Below are positions 1 to 9,806 of a DNA stretch of 64,000 nucleotides, piece after piece (position 1 is the stretch's first letter; every line of letters starts with the position of its first letter). The DNA is taken from positions 244,465 through 308,464 of the forward strand of contig JBAYKW010000001.1 of NCBI GenBank assembly GCA_041664365.1. Reading direction: 5' to 3'. Under the pieces are notes generated by a model, which was not told the DNA's origin, made no database searches, and was given only the letters and a program-made list of their open reading frames with translations. Source of the stretch: Patescibacteria group bacterium (lineage in GTDB: Bacteria > Patescibacteriota > Patescibacteriia > UM-FILTER-42-10). Both the position numbers and the translations under genes were made by a program.

Positions 1-60
1 CTAACTGTTTTCGCAAAATTTGTTGAATGTTTTTCTTTTGATATAGGAGTTTTTTTCATT

Positions 61-867
61 TTAATTTTTTACTGGTAATTTCTTATTTTTAAATTTTTTT
101 GTATAATGATAAAAATCTCTTAAATGGATTCTTGTAACATAATTGAAAACACCTGAGATGCCCGGATTAGCTGCTGATTCACGATGATGATAATGAATCA
201 TTTTCGATTCTGCGACATAGTAAACCTTATATCCCTTTTCCCAAAACATTCTGCACCAGTCCGTATCTCCAATATATAAAAAGTATTTTTCATCCAATAA
301 ACCAACATCATCTATTGCGGATTTTCTAGCGATTATGCAGGCGCCAAATAGCCAGTCAACTGGAATATTACTATTATGATCGAAATCATGCATAAGGTAG
401 TGCTTCAAATATCTTTGGCCGCTACTAGATTTTCCAAGTGGGCTTCTTCTGTACAATGGCATAATACCGGTTGGAAAACGTAGGCATGAATTCTGGATTG
501 TACCATCAGGGTTTAATAATTTCGGACCGGAACAGCCAACGTCTGAATTTCTGTCCATAAAATCAACCAGTTTTTCAAATGAACCGGGAGATACAACGAT
601 ATCTGGATTCATTATTGATATATATTTGCCCTTTGCTGCTTTTATACCCGCATTGTTGCCTGCACTAAATCCATTATTTTCTTTAAGCTCAATAAATCGT
701 ATTGCCGGGTATTCTATTTTCAGTTTTTCTACACCACCGTTTGGAGATGCATTATCAACAACAATTATTTCATATTCTAAACCGATATTTGATTTCAAAA
801 TATTTTTTATACAATATCGAACAAGCCCTTCGGATTTGTAATTTAAAATTATTATGGATAGAATCAT
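61..867 (-). CDS. Glycosyltransferase family 2
   Basis: N-terminal GT-A signature (SIIILNYKS ... VVDNASPNGG) and DxD-type region; 4-bp overlap with the upstream GT2 gene. Confidence 0.7.
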   Translation of the reverse strand: MILSIIILNYKSEGLVRYCIKNILKSNIGLEYEIIVVDNASPNGGVEKLKIEYPAIRFIELKENNGFSAGNNAGIKAAKGKYISIMNPDIVVSPGSFEKLVDFMDRNSDVGCSGPKLLNPDGTIQNSCLRFPTGIMPLYRRSPLGKSSSGQRYLKHYLMHDFDHNSNIPVDWLFGACIIARKSAIDDVGLLDEKYFLYIGDTDWCRMFWEKGYKVYYVAESKMIHYHHRESAANPGISGVFNYVTRIHLRDFYHYTKKFKNKKLPVKN

Positions 868-1880
868 CGGAAATATTTTATAATATCTTCTCTTTTTATC
901 TTCATATGTTTTTTAATTTTTCTTCTTTTATTCATTAATTTTGGTAGACTGAAATAAAAATTGATTATTGCGTACAAAGATAATGGTTCTCTGAATAATA
1001 AATATATAAACTTCTTAAATTCGTACCATAGAAGAAATGGATTTAAAAATATATTCTTCAAACTTTCATTTTTTGCTAGAAGGAACATATGGTTTCTATA
1101 GGACAAATAATTTGCTTTGGGGTTTTTCCCCTTTCTATTCTTAATTGTTCCCCTGTCAGATAGATCGGTTTTTCTAGCGATTCCCCTGGCGTGAAACGCC
1201 AAAGCTTCTGAAATATAGACGGATATATACCCCGCTAAACGCAGACGCCAGGCCAGATCGATATCCTCCTTGTATGAAAAAAAACTTTCATCGAGGTACT
1301 GACCGTCTTCAGCAACATCTTCAAGTGCAGATTTCCGATACATAACGAGTGCCGCTGAAATACCAAATACTTCTTCACTTCCGTTATATTGTCCGTGGTC
1401 CTTTTCATTTTCTCCGCGGTCAGTTGCCCTTCTACTTCTGTTGAATGCGATTCCAGTAGAGTCTATAGTAACAGAATCATTTACACTGTTCAAGTCAGCG
1501 TTGATTTTCATCAGTTTACCACCGACGGATCCTATTTTGTCATTTACCATTATTCCGTTATATAAATCCTCTAAAAAGCTTTTCGACATAATAATGTCTG
1601 CATTGCAGAGAACAATAAATGGTGCTTTAGCGATTTTTATCCCCTGGTTATTTGCTTTGGCAAATCCTAAATTGGAACTATTCACTACCATTTTTGCGTC
1701 CGGATAATTATTCCTGATCCATAAAGCGGAATTATCGCTGGAGCAATTATCAACCACAATAATTTCAAAGTTTCTTTTCGTTTGTATCTGGATGGAATTA
1801 AAAAGAGCGGGCAGATATTTTATGCTGTTCCAGGTGGTAATAATAATTGATATCTCAGGTGTATTATTTAACATTTGCAA
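864..1880 (-). CDS. Glycosyltransferase family 2
   Basis: ISIIITTWNS ... IVVDNCSSDNS GT-A fold signature near the N-terminus. Confidence 0.7.
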   Translation of the reverse strand: MQMLNNTPEISIIITTWNSIKYLPALFNSIQIQTKRNFEIIVVDNCSSDNSALWIRNNYPDAKMVVNSSNLGFAKANNQGIKIAKAPFIVLCNADIIMSKSFLEDLYNGIMVNDKIGSVGGKLMKINADLNSVNDSVTIDSTGIAFNRSRRATDRGENEKDHGQYNGSEEVFGISAALVMYRKSALEDVAEDGQYLDESFFSYKEDIDLAWRLRLAGYISVYISEALAFHARGIARKTDLSDRGTIKNRKGKNPKANYLSYRNHMFLLAKNESLKNIFLNPFLLWYEFKKFIYLLFREPLSLYAIINFYFSLPKLMNKRRKIKKHMKIKREDIIKYFR

Positions 1881-3393
1881 GATTGGTATGATTTTTTTCT
1901 GTCAAAGAATTATTTAATGATACAAAAATTGCCGTCGTCAATAATAAGTATCCTATGCCCAAAGGATGGTTTAAATATGGTGTCGTTGTATTAATAGCGG
2001 CTATAACCACAATTCCGGTCAATAAGCCTAAAATAAGTGACTTTTCTAACTGCTGACTGCCGTAGAGATGATATAATCTCAAACCATACCGAAATAATGT
2101 AATTAACAGTAATAAATATGTAAGCAGACCAAAGATTCCTATTTCAATCCAGGTATCTAGGTAACCCCATTCAAATGAAAATGTAGTATAAAGTCCGTCC
2201 GGATTTGCTTCAAGGGCTCTAGGATCTGATGTCTCATAGGTTACCGACGTGCCGAAACCAGAACCTAAGATAGGGTTCTCGATAATTTTATCTTTCAATG
2301 GGGCCAGCAATGTAAACCTGCTTGCTGATGCTGCTTCATCAGCGAAATCCTTTGTCCTTTCTTCAATAAGTCCGCCGGTAAATGGAGAAGGGCTTGGCCA
2401 CGGGAATTTCACTATTCCCAGAACGGAAATATAAACCAATGCAAATACGAAAAGTAGTGAAATTCCAACTTGAAATGTTTTTTTCATTGAAAGTTTGACA
2501 ATAAACAGGATTGAATACATTAAAAACAAAATCCCTATAATTCCGCCCAGCCAGAAACTTCTGGAATAACTGGTAAATGTCACCAGTGAAGAGAGAAACC
2601 CGATTATCATATATAGTATATAGTCTTTCCATTTAAAATTTTCTCTGCGGACATTTACAATTACCAAAACTACAATGAAAAAACTGATTAAGGCGAAAAT
2701 GTGACTCTGAAAAAATACACGATAGAAATCATTATCCATCCTGGTTATTTCCCCGACTCCAGTTGTCCGTACCCACCGGTAAATGCTCGGTAAAACAGAA
2801 TCTACTTGATGAGAGAAAATAAACAATAATCCGATTGTTTTGATTAACATAGCGAGTACTGCAGCGGCAGCAACCTGGAGAACCTGCTGTACTTTCCCGG
2901 ATGTTGATATGGCATAAATAAATACAGGTAAAAGTGCAAAATACAGCCATCCATTAACATCATAAAAAATATCTTTAAGCGGATTATTATTAAGATAACC
3001 GATTAAAATTCCAATAACAACAAAAAATAATAAAACGCCGTACCATTTTACAAGCCCAATATTTACAAATTTAAATTTTCTTCGGAATAATTCACCAATA
3101 ATCCAAACAAGAAATATTGATAAAAACAGTCCAAGCCTTAAAGAAATTGATACTCCGGATATATTATAAAAAAATAGATAACCTTTTGATCCGATAATCA
3201 ATTCCGCGAGAATAAAATATACTCCATACTCAATCCGCCAGACAGACAGAAGGGCGGCCAGTAATATCAAGGCAAAAAATACGATCGTATTTGCCATCGG
3301 ATAAAAGAAGGAAAAGAAAGAGACTACTTCGATAAGTAATATAAAGAGAAGCGTATAGCCGAATGTTCTTCCGATTAATCTCGTTGAGTTCAT
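1864..3393 (-). CDS. Polytopic membrane protein, O-antigen ligase/polymerase (Wzy)-like
   Basis: About 10 or more predicted TM helices with a large extracytoplasmic loop; sits between GT2 genes; translationally coupled (overlapping stop/start) to neighbours. Confidence 0.4.
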   Translation of the reverse strand: MNSTRLIGRTFGYTLLFILLIEVVSFFSFFYPMANTIVFFALILLAALLSVWRIEYGVYFILAELIIGSKGYLFFYNISGVSISLRLGLFLSIFLVWIIGELFRRKFKFVNIGLVKWYGVLLFFVVIGILIGYLNNNPLKDIFYDVNGWLYFALLPVFIYAISTSGKVQQVLQVAAAAVLAMLIKTIGLLFIFSHQVDSVLPSIYRWVRTTGVGEITRMDNDFYRVFFQSHIFALISFFIVVLVIVNVRRENFKWKDYILYMIIGFLSSLVTFTSYSRSFWLGGIIGILFLMYSILFIVKLSMKKTFQVGISLLFVFALVYISVLGIVKFPWPSPSPFTGGLIEERTKDFADEAASASRFTLLAPLKDKIIENPILGSGFGTSVTYETSDPRALEANPDGLYTTFSFEWGYLDTWIEIGIFGLLTYLLLLITLFRYGLRLYHLYGSQQLEKSLILGLLTGIVVIAAINTTTPYLNHPLGIGYLLLTTAIFVSLNNSLTEKNHTNLANVK

Positions 3394-4274
3394 TTAATTG
3401 CTAATTTATTCGATTTATTTTCAAAAATCCCAACAAATGCGGACAATGCAATACTGATGGGAATATAAATATGCAGAATTATATATGCTAAATTTCCATT
3501 ATGTTTTTTCATATAATACAGAAGGCTCTTATTAAATATTTTCTGCTCTTTTACTGCAAATAGTCTGGCAAAGCTCTGACTCTGATTATGAATGATGGAC
3601 ATCTTTGGAGAATATACAACTTGTAATCCAGCGTTCTTTACTCGTTTGCAGTAATCAACATCTTCAAACCAAATCCAGAAATTTTCATCTAACAAACCAA
3701 CCTTGTTTAAACATGATCGGCTGATTAACATAAATGCGCCCATAACCTGGTCAACAACCTGATCTTTCGTGTAGTCGAAATTAAGAGCGAAGTATTTTTT
3801 TATTGGCCATAAATTGGGAAAAAAATTATGTAATTTACACAGCACTAAGATTTGAGAAACCAAAGTGGGAAATTTTCTCACCGAGAACTGTTGCGACCCG
3901 TCCGGATTATGGATTGCGCAACCGAGCACTCCAATCTCGCTATTTTGTTTCATATACTCAATAGAATCTGTTAAGGAATTTTCATTCAAAATTGTGTCAG
4001 GATTTAGAATAAGAACATATTCACCTTTTGAAATCGAAATTGCCTGATTATTTGCTTTTGCAAAGCCCGCATTGTTACTGTTTTTAATCATGTTAACTCC
4101 GTGGAAATTGCTTTCAACTATACCAACAGTGCCATCAGAAGAACTGTTATCAACAACAAAAACCTCTGCATTGAGGTTTTGTTTAGCTTTTTCAATAGAT
4201 GATAAACAAGCTGAAATATCTTTTTCAGAGTTCCATGAAACAATGATGATTGATAGATCTATTCCCCTGTTCAT
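3390..4274 (-). CDS. Glycosyltransferase family 2
   Basis: IDLSIIIVSWNSEK ... VVDNSSSDGT; ORF-track start 4361 trimmed to the internal Met (MNRGIDLSIII), which matches the usual GT2 N-terminus. Confidence 0.6.
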   Translation of the reverse strand: MNRGIDLSIIIVSWNSEKDISACLSSIEKAKQNLNAEVFVVDNSSSDGTVGIVESNFHGVNMIKNSNNAGFAKANNQAISISKGEYVLILNPDTILNENSLTDSIEYMKQNSEIGVLGCAIHNPDGSQQFSVRKFPTLVSQILVLCKLHNFFPNLWPIKKYFALNFDYTKDQVVDQVMGAFMLISRSCLNKVGLLDENFWIWFEDVDYCKRVKNAGLQVVYSPKMSIIHNQSQSFARLFAVKEQKIFNKSLLYYMKKHNGNLAYIILHIYIPISIALSAFVGIFENKSNKLAIK

Positions 4275-4391
4275 AGCCCATATTTTACGATATTTAAGCC
4301 CTTTTAGCAATCTTGGCCCACTACTTACTAATAATGCCCATGTAAGGGCTAATTTACACAAATATGACTATCTCAGCATATAGTATTCACT

Positions 4392-6107
4392 TTACCAACT
4401 ACCACCACCACCGCCTCCAAATCCGCCACCGGAAAAGCCTCCGCCGGAAAAACCACTACCACCACCTGAAGCGGAGGAAGGTCTTGAAACAAGCGCTGAG
4501 TTTGTGCTGGTTTGGAAACTGTTCAAACTGCTGATTAAATAAAGCGTGGTAAAATTTGAACCGGCTGGACCTTCGTACCAGGATGGTTGTTTATTATAGA
4601 TGTCGGAAAACTGATTTGCCCATTGTTTTTCTACGCCCAGAACCATGGCGTACGGCAATAATTTATCAAATTGCTCAGGATTTTTTTCCGGCGCATTGTG
4701 GAATTTGATTCGATCTTTTTCTGCAACTGATAAATAAGTTTTTAACCCGAGGATATGCTCCCTTGCTTGGACACCTTTAATTGTTTTAGACGGCATAAAC
4801 ATACTGAAGATCAAAACAATAATTCCTGATATAATAAATGATAAACTGTAGAAAGCGCCTAAAAATCCGACAAAGAAACCAACTAAAAATAAAGTTACAC
4901 CCAAACCATTATAAGCAAGTCTTACATTCCTCGGATTTTTTGCAAAATAATTTTTATTCACTGTTTCTTTATATAGTTTGCTCGTAATATCACTGTAAAC
5001 CTTATAAAACTTGTTTTTCAATTCGGAAAGTTTTACGGAATTCTTGTCGCCAAATATTCCAGTGAACAGGCTTTTTTCAAATTCAGTTTTTAGCACATCC
5101 GCTTCGGTAAGTCGTAAAAATGAATAATCAGTTTTTCCCTCTCCCTTTACAATTTTAAGATTTCCATTGACAGCAAACTGAATTATTTGCGACGATATGT
5201 CTTTTAACTGAACTTTTTCGTCAATTATTGTTCCTACTTCAGCAGCGGTTATATTATCTGGGGCATCATATTGAGCAATTATTGTTCCTTTTCCGTTGGG
5301 ATCCCTGCCTTTAGCCCTCCATAAATATATCATCAGTGATAAAACAAGAAGTGGCAGTAAAAGTATCCCGTTATCCCTGAAATATTCAATAAATTTGTCG
5401 GAAGCAGTCGGCTCTTGTACTAATCCTTTTGGAAATCCCACAACAATAGTCATGCCTTCATAAGCAAATAAATTATTTGTGCCGAATGACACATCCGAAA
5501 CAGTTCCGTTTATTACTGTTTTTTCCGGAGATTCATCGCATTCATAATCAGTTCCATCTGAACCAGCGAAACACTTTATTTGCAATTTGTCTTCAGAAAA
5601 AGAATTAGGGAAAATTACTTTTACCTTGGCACTGTCTATCGGTATCTCCCAACCATTGCCAGTCGCGTTCCAATACAGCTCATCCCAGTCTTCAAAATAG
5701 TTGATTGCCTTTTCAATGGTATAACTGATTATATATGTATGTCTTCCGGTAATAAGAATGTCCGCATCTCCGATTTTTAATTCAATATTTTTTCCGGGGT
5801 AAGAAGTTTCATAATTATATGATTGCCCGGCTTCATTTGTAACTGAAATATCTGATATACGGATGTTGTAATTTCCTCCTCTTGCTTTGTAACTGATTGG
5901 AATATAACGAAAAATTCCATGTCTTTGCTGATCGGCAAAATCATAAAGTATAGTTTCAGTAACGCTAAAACTTGAATCGTCATGAATTTCGATCTGCGCG
6001 GAAAAATCCGTTACGTTTTCAAATTCCGCGCCAATTGCTATAGTTGGTGTCAATAAAAAAATAAATGCAAATATACTTAGCGTAACACTGATGAGTTTAA
6101 TATACAT
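4392..6107 (-). CDS. DUF2207-like membrane protein with C-terminal Gly-rich tail
   Basis: N-terminal signal/TM, large extracytoplasmic domain, TM helices near residues 240-260 and 420-450, C-terminal GGGSGFSGGGFSGGGFGGGGGGSW tail typical of this family. Confidence 0.5.
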   Translation of the reverse strand: MYIKLISVTLSIFAFIFLLTPTIAIGAEFENVTDFSAQIEIHDDSSFSVTETILYDFADQQRHGIFRYIPISYKARGGNYNIRISDISVTNEAGQSYNYETSYPGKNIELKIGDADILITGRHTYIISYTIEKAINYFEDWDELYWNATGNGWEIPIDSAKVKVIFPNSFSEDKLQIKCFAGSDGTDYECDESPEKTVINGTVSDVSFGTNNLFAYEGMTIVVGFPKGLVQEPTASDKFIEYFRDNGILLLPLLVLSLMIYLWRAKGRDPNGKGTIIAQYDAPDNITAAEVGTIIDEKVQLKDISSQIIQFAVNGNLKIVKGEGKTDYSFLRLTEADVLKTEFEKSLFTGIFGDKNSVKLSELKNKFYKVYSDITSKLYKETVNKNYFAKNPRNVRLAYNGLGVTLFLVGFFVGFLGAFYSLSFIISGIIVLIFSMFMPSKTIKGVQAREHILGLKTYLSVAEKDRIKFHNAPEKNPEQFDKLLPYAMVLGVEKQWANQFSDIYNKQPSWYEGPAGSNFTTLYLISSLNSFQTSTNSALVSRPSSASGGGSGFSGGGFSGGGFGGGGGGSW

Positions 6108-6119
6108 CGTTATATTTAG

Positions 6120-6395
6120 TTAGGATTTATTTTTCCAATGGCGTTTTTGAATATATACAACTTTCCATCCCCAGAATCCCATAAACAGACCGCTCAATAT
6201 TCCAAACAATAATAATCCGTATTGTATCCATGGTGGTAATGCACAGCTATTATTGCCAAAGCTATTATACCAAAATACTTTTTCCGCGGATTTCGTAGAA
6301 ATGTAACTGAATTCAACTATTGCATGCAGAATAAAACTGAGGATGATTCCTAATATTGTGAAACATGCGATATAAAATATTTTTTTCATAGTCAA
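6120..6395 (-). CDS. Small membrane protein (2 TM), unknown function
   Basis: 91 aa, two hydrophobic helices, tightly packed in the operon. Confidence 0.35.
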   Translation of the reverse strand: MTMKKIFYIACFTILGIILSFILHAIVEFSYISTKSAEKVFWYNSFGNNSCALPPWIQYGLLLFGILSGLFMGFWGWKVVYIQKRHWKNKS

Positions 6396-6397
6396 AG

Positions 6398-7138
6398 TTA
6401 AAAAATATTTTCCTCGCCCGGCAACATTTGCACTGATGCCGGAGCGGTTCCTTTTAGATAAGAATAACCATCATGATACTCAAGTTGATCTATAGAAATA
6501 CTATCAATTTTCGCAAAACGATTATTTAAGATGTCTTCAGCGGCTTTTTCAATTTGAGCGTAATATTTTTTTGGAAACGGAATAATACCGACTCTAATGC
6601 TTTGTAAATTGATCTCTACTGATTTGTTGGTTAATCTATTTACGCCAACTTTTGCATAAATCGGCGCGTTAATATAGGTTTTGACAAATGCTGATATCTC
6701 CATTCCGCCTTCAACGTACTTAACCTGTATGTCTCTGACGTGCGGTGCATTCTGCAAATAATGATCAAGTATGGATGTAATCTCCTCCGACGTATACTGT
6801 GCATCAACGCTAATTTTACCATTGAATTCTTTGTTGCCGATTCCTGAAAAGCTATTAGGATCACCTTTGAATTCAACTGGGAATGTTTTCATAATTGATT
6901 CAAAAGCCACCTCTGAAGGTTTAATACCTAAGTCCGCGGGTTTATTCGAGCCAAATACATGTGAAATCAACGGAATATTAAACATCCCCGTCGCACCAAT
7001 TACCATAACTGGTAAAGCAATTATAATTATCAATATAACTAACCAAACTATTCGCTTTTTCGTATGTTTCTTAACTTTTTTTTCTTTCAGCGGTTCTTTT
7101 TGTTGAATGGTCTGGTTGCTATTTGTTTCGATTCGCAT
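6398..7138 (-). CDS. Membrane-anchored hypothetical protein
   Basis: Lys-rich N-terminus, single TM (IVWLVILIIIIALPVMVIG), extracytoplasmic domain; in operon with the ABC transporter. Confidence 0.4.
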   Translation of the reverse strand: MRIETNSNQTIQQKEPLKEKKVKKHTKKRIVWLVILIIIIALPVMVIGATGMFNIPLISHVFGSNKPADLGIKPSEVAFESIMKTFPVEFKGDPNSFSGIGNKEFNGKISVDAQYTSEEITSILDHYLQNAPHVRDIQVKYVEGGMEISAFVKTYINAPIYAKVGVNRLTNKSVEINLQSIRVGIIPFPKKYYAQIEKAAEDILNNRFAKIDSISIDQLEYHDGYSYLKGTAPASVQMLPGEENIF

Positions 7139-7158
7139 GATTTAGTATTAATTATCAG

Positions 7159-7962
7159 TTAGATTGTAACGTCCCTGTGTTTGAAATAATAGGCAGCAAT
7201 AATAGTAGTAATGACTGCAAATAATGAAAATACCGCAACATTAATCCAGTCTATTGAGTTATTAATAATCGCGGATTCGTAATCATAGTAATAAAAGAAT
7301 GACAAATACTTTGTATCTGACCATTTATCACTCAATGCCGATATTATTTGTATCACATACATTGAAATATACACACTTCCAAGTACCATATACACTCTGC
7401 TTTTTTCCGAAAACAATGCAGATAAAAGCATCGCCAAACTGAAAGTTGCCCAGCCGAACAGAGCAGTAATAAAAAATGTTGAAACATAGTTTGCAAAAAC
7501 GTAATCAACATTATATATTTCAGCAATTGGCGGAAGTAATATGGTTGCTGAAAGAGAGAATAATACAAGTCCGAATATACCGGCAAAATATCTGCCGAAG
7601 AATATTCGCACTCTTGAAACCGGTCTTGCAAGAATAATCTCCGCAGTTCCCTTCTCAATTTCGCCGGCAATACTTAGACCGGCCATTGAAGATAATAAAA
7701 ATATCATCATAATTGGCACCATAAAACTGTAATTTTCCATTGCCAGAAAATTTTCTATATTAACAAAGCTTGCCTCGCTGATCGGAAACATGGATAAAAA
7801 TGCTTCCGGGTATCCCTCTAGCAGTTTCATAAAGTCCTCAGACATTCCCTTCATTGATGGGAATAAGGCAATGTACATCCATGCTACAACCAAAGCTGAG
7901 ATACAGTAGACAAGCAACATTATTCTTTTATCTTTGATTGTTCGTAAAAAAATAGTAATCAT
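7159..7962 (-). CDS. ABC-2 type transporter permease
   Basis: Six predicted TM helices; directly downstream of the ABC ATPase; start chosen at MITIF (4-bp overlap with the ATPase stop), but the ORF extends in frame to 8010. Confidence 0.5.
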   Translation of the reverse strand: MITIFLRTIKDKRIMLLVYCISALVVAWMYIALFPSMKGMSEDFMKLLEGYPEAFLSMFPISEASFVNIENFLAMENYSFMVPIMMIFLLSSMAGLSIAGEIEKGTAEIILARPVSRVRIFFGRYFAGIFGLVLFSLSATILLPPIAEIYNVDYVFANYVSTFFITALFGWATFSLAMLLSALFSEKSRVYMVLGSVYISMYVIQIISALSDKWSDTKYLSFFYYYDYESAIINNSIDWINVAVFSLFAVITTIIAAYYFKHRDVTI

Positions 7963-7963
7963 T

Positions 7964-8833
7964 CTATTTATAAAATTCAATAAATATTTCCTCCAAAGAT
8001 GCGTGTTCAATATGCAGATCCTTCAGATTATACCTGCTCAATTCCCCTACCAATTCATTTAAATCGCCTTTTACCCCCAAAATCAAACCACCGGCAATTT
8101 CCTTTTTTATATGTACGCCCTTCAATTCAAATCTGCTTTTATCAAAATCATCGGCAAAATATGCTGTCACGTTGTAGAGACGTTTGTCTTTCAGATTGCG
8201 TATGCTTTCAGTTGCTACCATTTTGCCATTTTTAATTATTCCAACTTTATGGCAAATTCGGTCAACCTCGGAAAGGTTGTGTGAAGACAAAAATACGGTT
8301 GTTCCTCTTTCTGTGATTTCATCAATCAAATCATACATTGTATTCTGTAATAACGGATCAAGTGCATTGGTCGGCTCATCCATAATCAGTAATTCCGGAC
8401 TGGTCATGAAAGCCATAATAATTCCTAACTTCTGCTTATTGCCGGAAGAAAGTGATTTCACTTTTTGAGAGGGATCAAAATTGAATTTTTCTATTATTTC
8501 ATTCGCAATGTCTGTACCGCCATTCAATCTACTGACAAAATCTACGTGGTCCTGCCCGGTCCATTTATCATAGAGGCGCAAATTACCCGAAAGATAACCA
8601 ATTTTTTTCTTTAATTGCACTGAATCCTTCTGCGCATTCAGTCCCAGGATATTTATATTACCACCGGTCGGTCTTATAAAGTCCATCATACATCGGATGG
8701 TGGTTGTTTTGCCCGCACCGTTCGGTCCGAGAAAACCGAAAATTTCACCTTTCTCTACAGAAAAGGATATATTATCAACCGCTCTATTTTTCCTAAAATG
8801 TTTAGATAACTGATTAACTTCAATAACACTCAT
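7964..8833 (-). CDS. ABC transporter ATP-binding protein
   Basis: Walker A GPNGAGKTT, ABC signature LSSGNKQKLGI, Walker B LLIMDEPTNALD. Confidence 0.85.
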   Translation of the reverse strand: MSVIEVNQLSKHFRKNRAVDNISFSVEKGEIFGFLGPNGAGKTTTIRCMMDFIRPTGGNINILGLNAQKDSVQLKKKIGYLSGNLRLYDKWTGQDHVDFVSRLNGGTDIANEIIEKFNFDPSQKVKSLSSGNKQKLGIIMAFMTSPELLIMDEPTNALDPLLQNTMYDLIDEITERGTTVFLSSHNLSEVDRICHKVGIIKNGKMVATESIRNLKDKRLYNVTAYFADDFDKSRFELKGVHIKKEIAGGLILGVKGDLNELVGELSRYNLKDLHIEHASLEEIFIEFYK

Positions 8834-8843
8834 CTGATGTTAT

Positions 8844-9728
8844 TTAGCTGCTGAAATCCCCGTCCTTTTTTCTTTTTAAATGATTGATTTCATTATCATA
8901 CATGCCAAGCATATTGTTAAACAATTTTTCATACATCATTTCAGTTTTATTGCCAGATAACGGGAGGCGGTAATCAAGCTCGCCATGCGAAACTCTTTGC
9001 ATCCCGATAGCTAGTGTCTTAAATGGTTTACTGATTTTTTTGGCAATCAGGTATGATAAAAGCATTAATAGTGGTATTAGTACTATATCAATATACAATA
9101 GCGGCATTCCAACACTTCTACGTTGAGCGATTATATCTGATGCAGCTATGTCAACACCAAGTACTGCGATTGGTTCACCTTTATCATTCTTAATTGGAGC
9201 ATATCCTGAAAGCCACTGGCCCCATTTATCTGCTACAATTTCGTTGTCTGAAGAAGGAACGTATAAGCCATTTTTCAGATCTTCCTGATTTGATACATCA
9301 TATAATTCTCCAATATCTGGTCGAAGCTCAGAATCATCAATATAATTATCATTATTTGCATCCTGAGTCTCCCTTGCAGCTGTTACGAATGTCATGATAT
9401 TTGGATCGTCTGTAGGCCTTAATGTGTATATATCAAAAATAAGCGGATTACCATGCATTACATTAGTGAAATATTCAATAATTTCTTTATATTCTGATGA
9501 TTGCTGCTGATCATTTGAAATAATTTTCTCATGAGAAGCATATGAAACATGTTCAGCAGACTTTTCAGCAATTTCTACAAGTGATGTTCTAGCGTTGTTA
9601 ATTATTACATTGAATTGGGCATAATAGACGGCAAAATTGATGACAATCAGCATAACCAAAAAACTACCAAAAATATTTCTTAAAATCAACTTTTGAAATG
9701 GCTTTGAATGCTCGTCAATATGAGGCAT
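8844..9728 (-). CDS. Membrane sensor-like protein: extracytoplasmic domain, TM, HAMP-like linker, no output domain
   Basis: TM near the N-terminus and at LLYIDIVLIPLLMLLSYLIA, followed by the HAMP-like segment KPFKTLAIGMQRVSHGELDYRLPL...EKLFNNM; the protein ends about 30 aa later. Confidence 0.4.
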   Translation of the reverse strand: MPHIDEHSKPFQKLILRNIFGSFLVMLIVINFAVYYAQFNVIINNARTSLVEIAEKSAEHVSYASHEKIISNDQQQSSEYKEIIEYFTNVMHGNPLIFDIYTLRPTDDPNIMTFVTAARETQDANNDNYIDDSELRPDIGELYDVSNQEDLKNGLYVPSSDNEIVADKWGQWLSGYAPIKNDKGEPIAVLGVDIAASDIIAQRRSVGMPLLYIDIVLIPLLMLLSYLIAKKISKPFKTLAIGMQRVSHGELDYRLPLSGNKTEMMYEKLFNNMLGMYDNEINHLKRKKDGDFSS

Positions 9729-9806
9729 ATAATATTTTTAATTAGTAATATTGGTATTATTATACAATATGATATGTTATAAGTCGAATACAAAACTGAA
9801 TAACTA

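Noticed and set aside
4275-4391. Terminator/promoter between DUF2207 gene and the downstream GT2 gene (GCCCttacatGGGC hairpin)
   Set aside because: Stem only 4 bp and the following U-tract is poor; not strong enough to annotate
7353-7670. Antisense or embedded ORFs from the six-frame track (e.g. 7353-7670, 26853-27071, 27185-27697, 40872-41198, 43215-43541)
   Set aside because: All lie inside well-supported genes on the opposite strand or in other frames and show low-complexity or Pro/Ser/Arg-rich compositions typical of antisense translation
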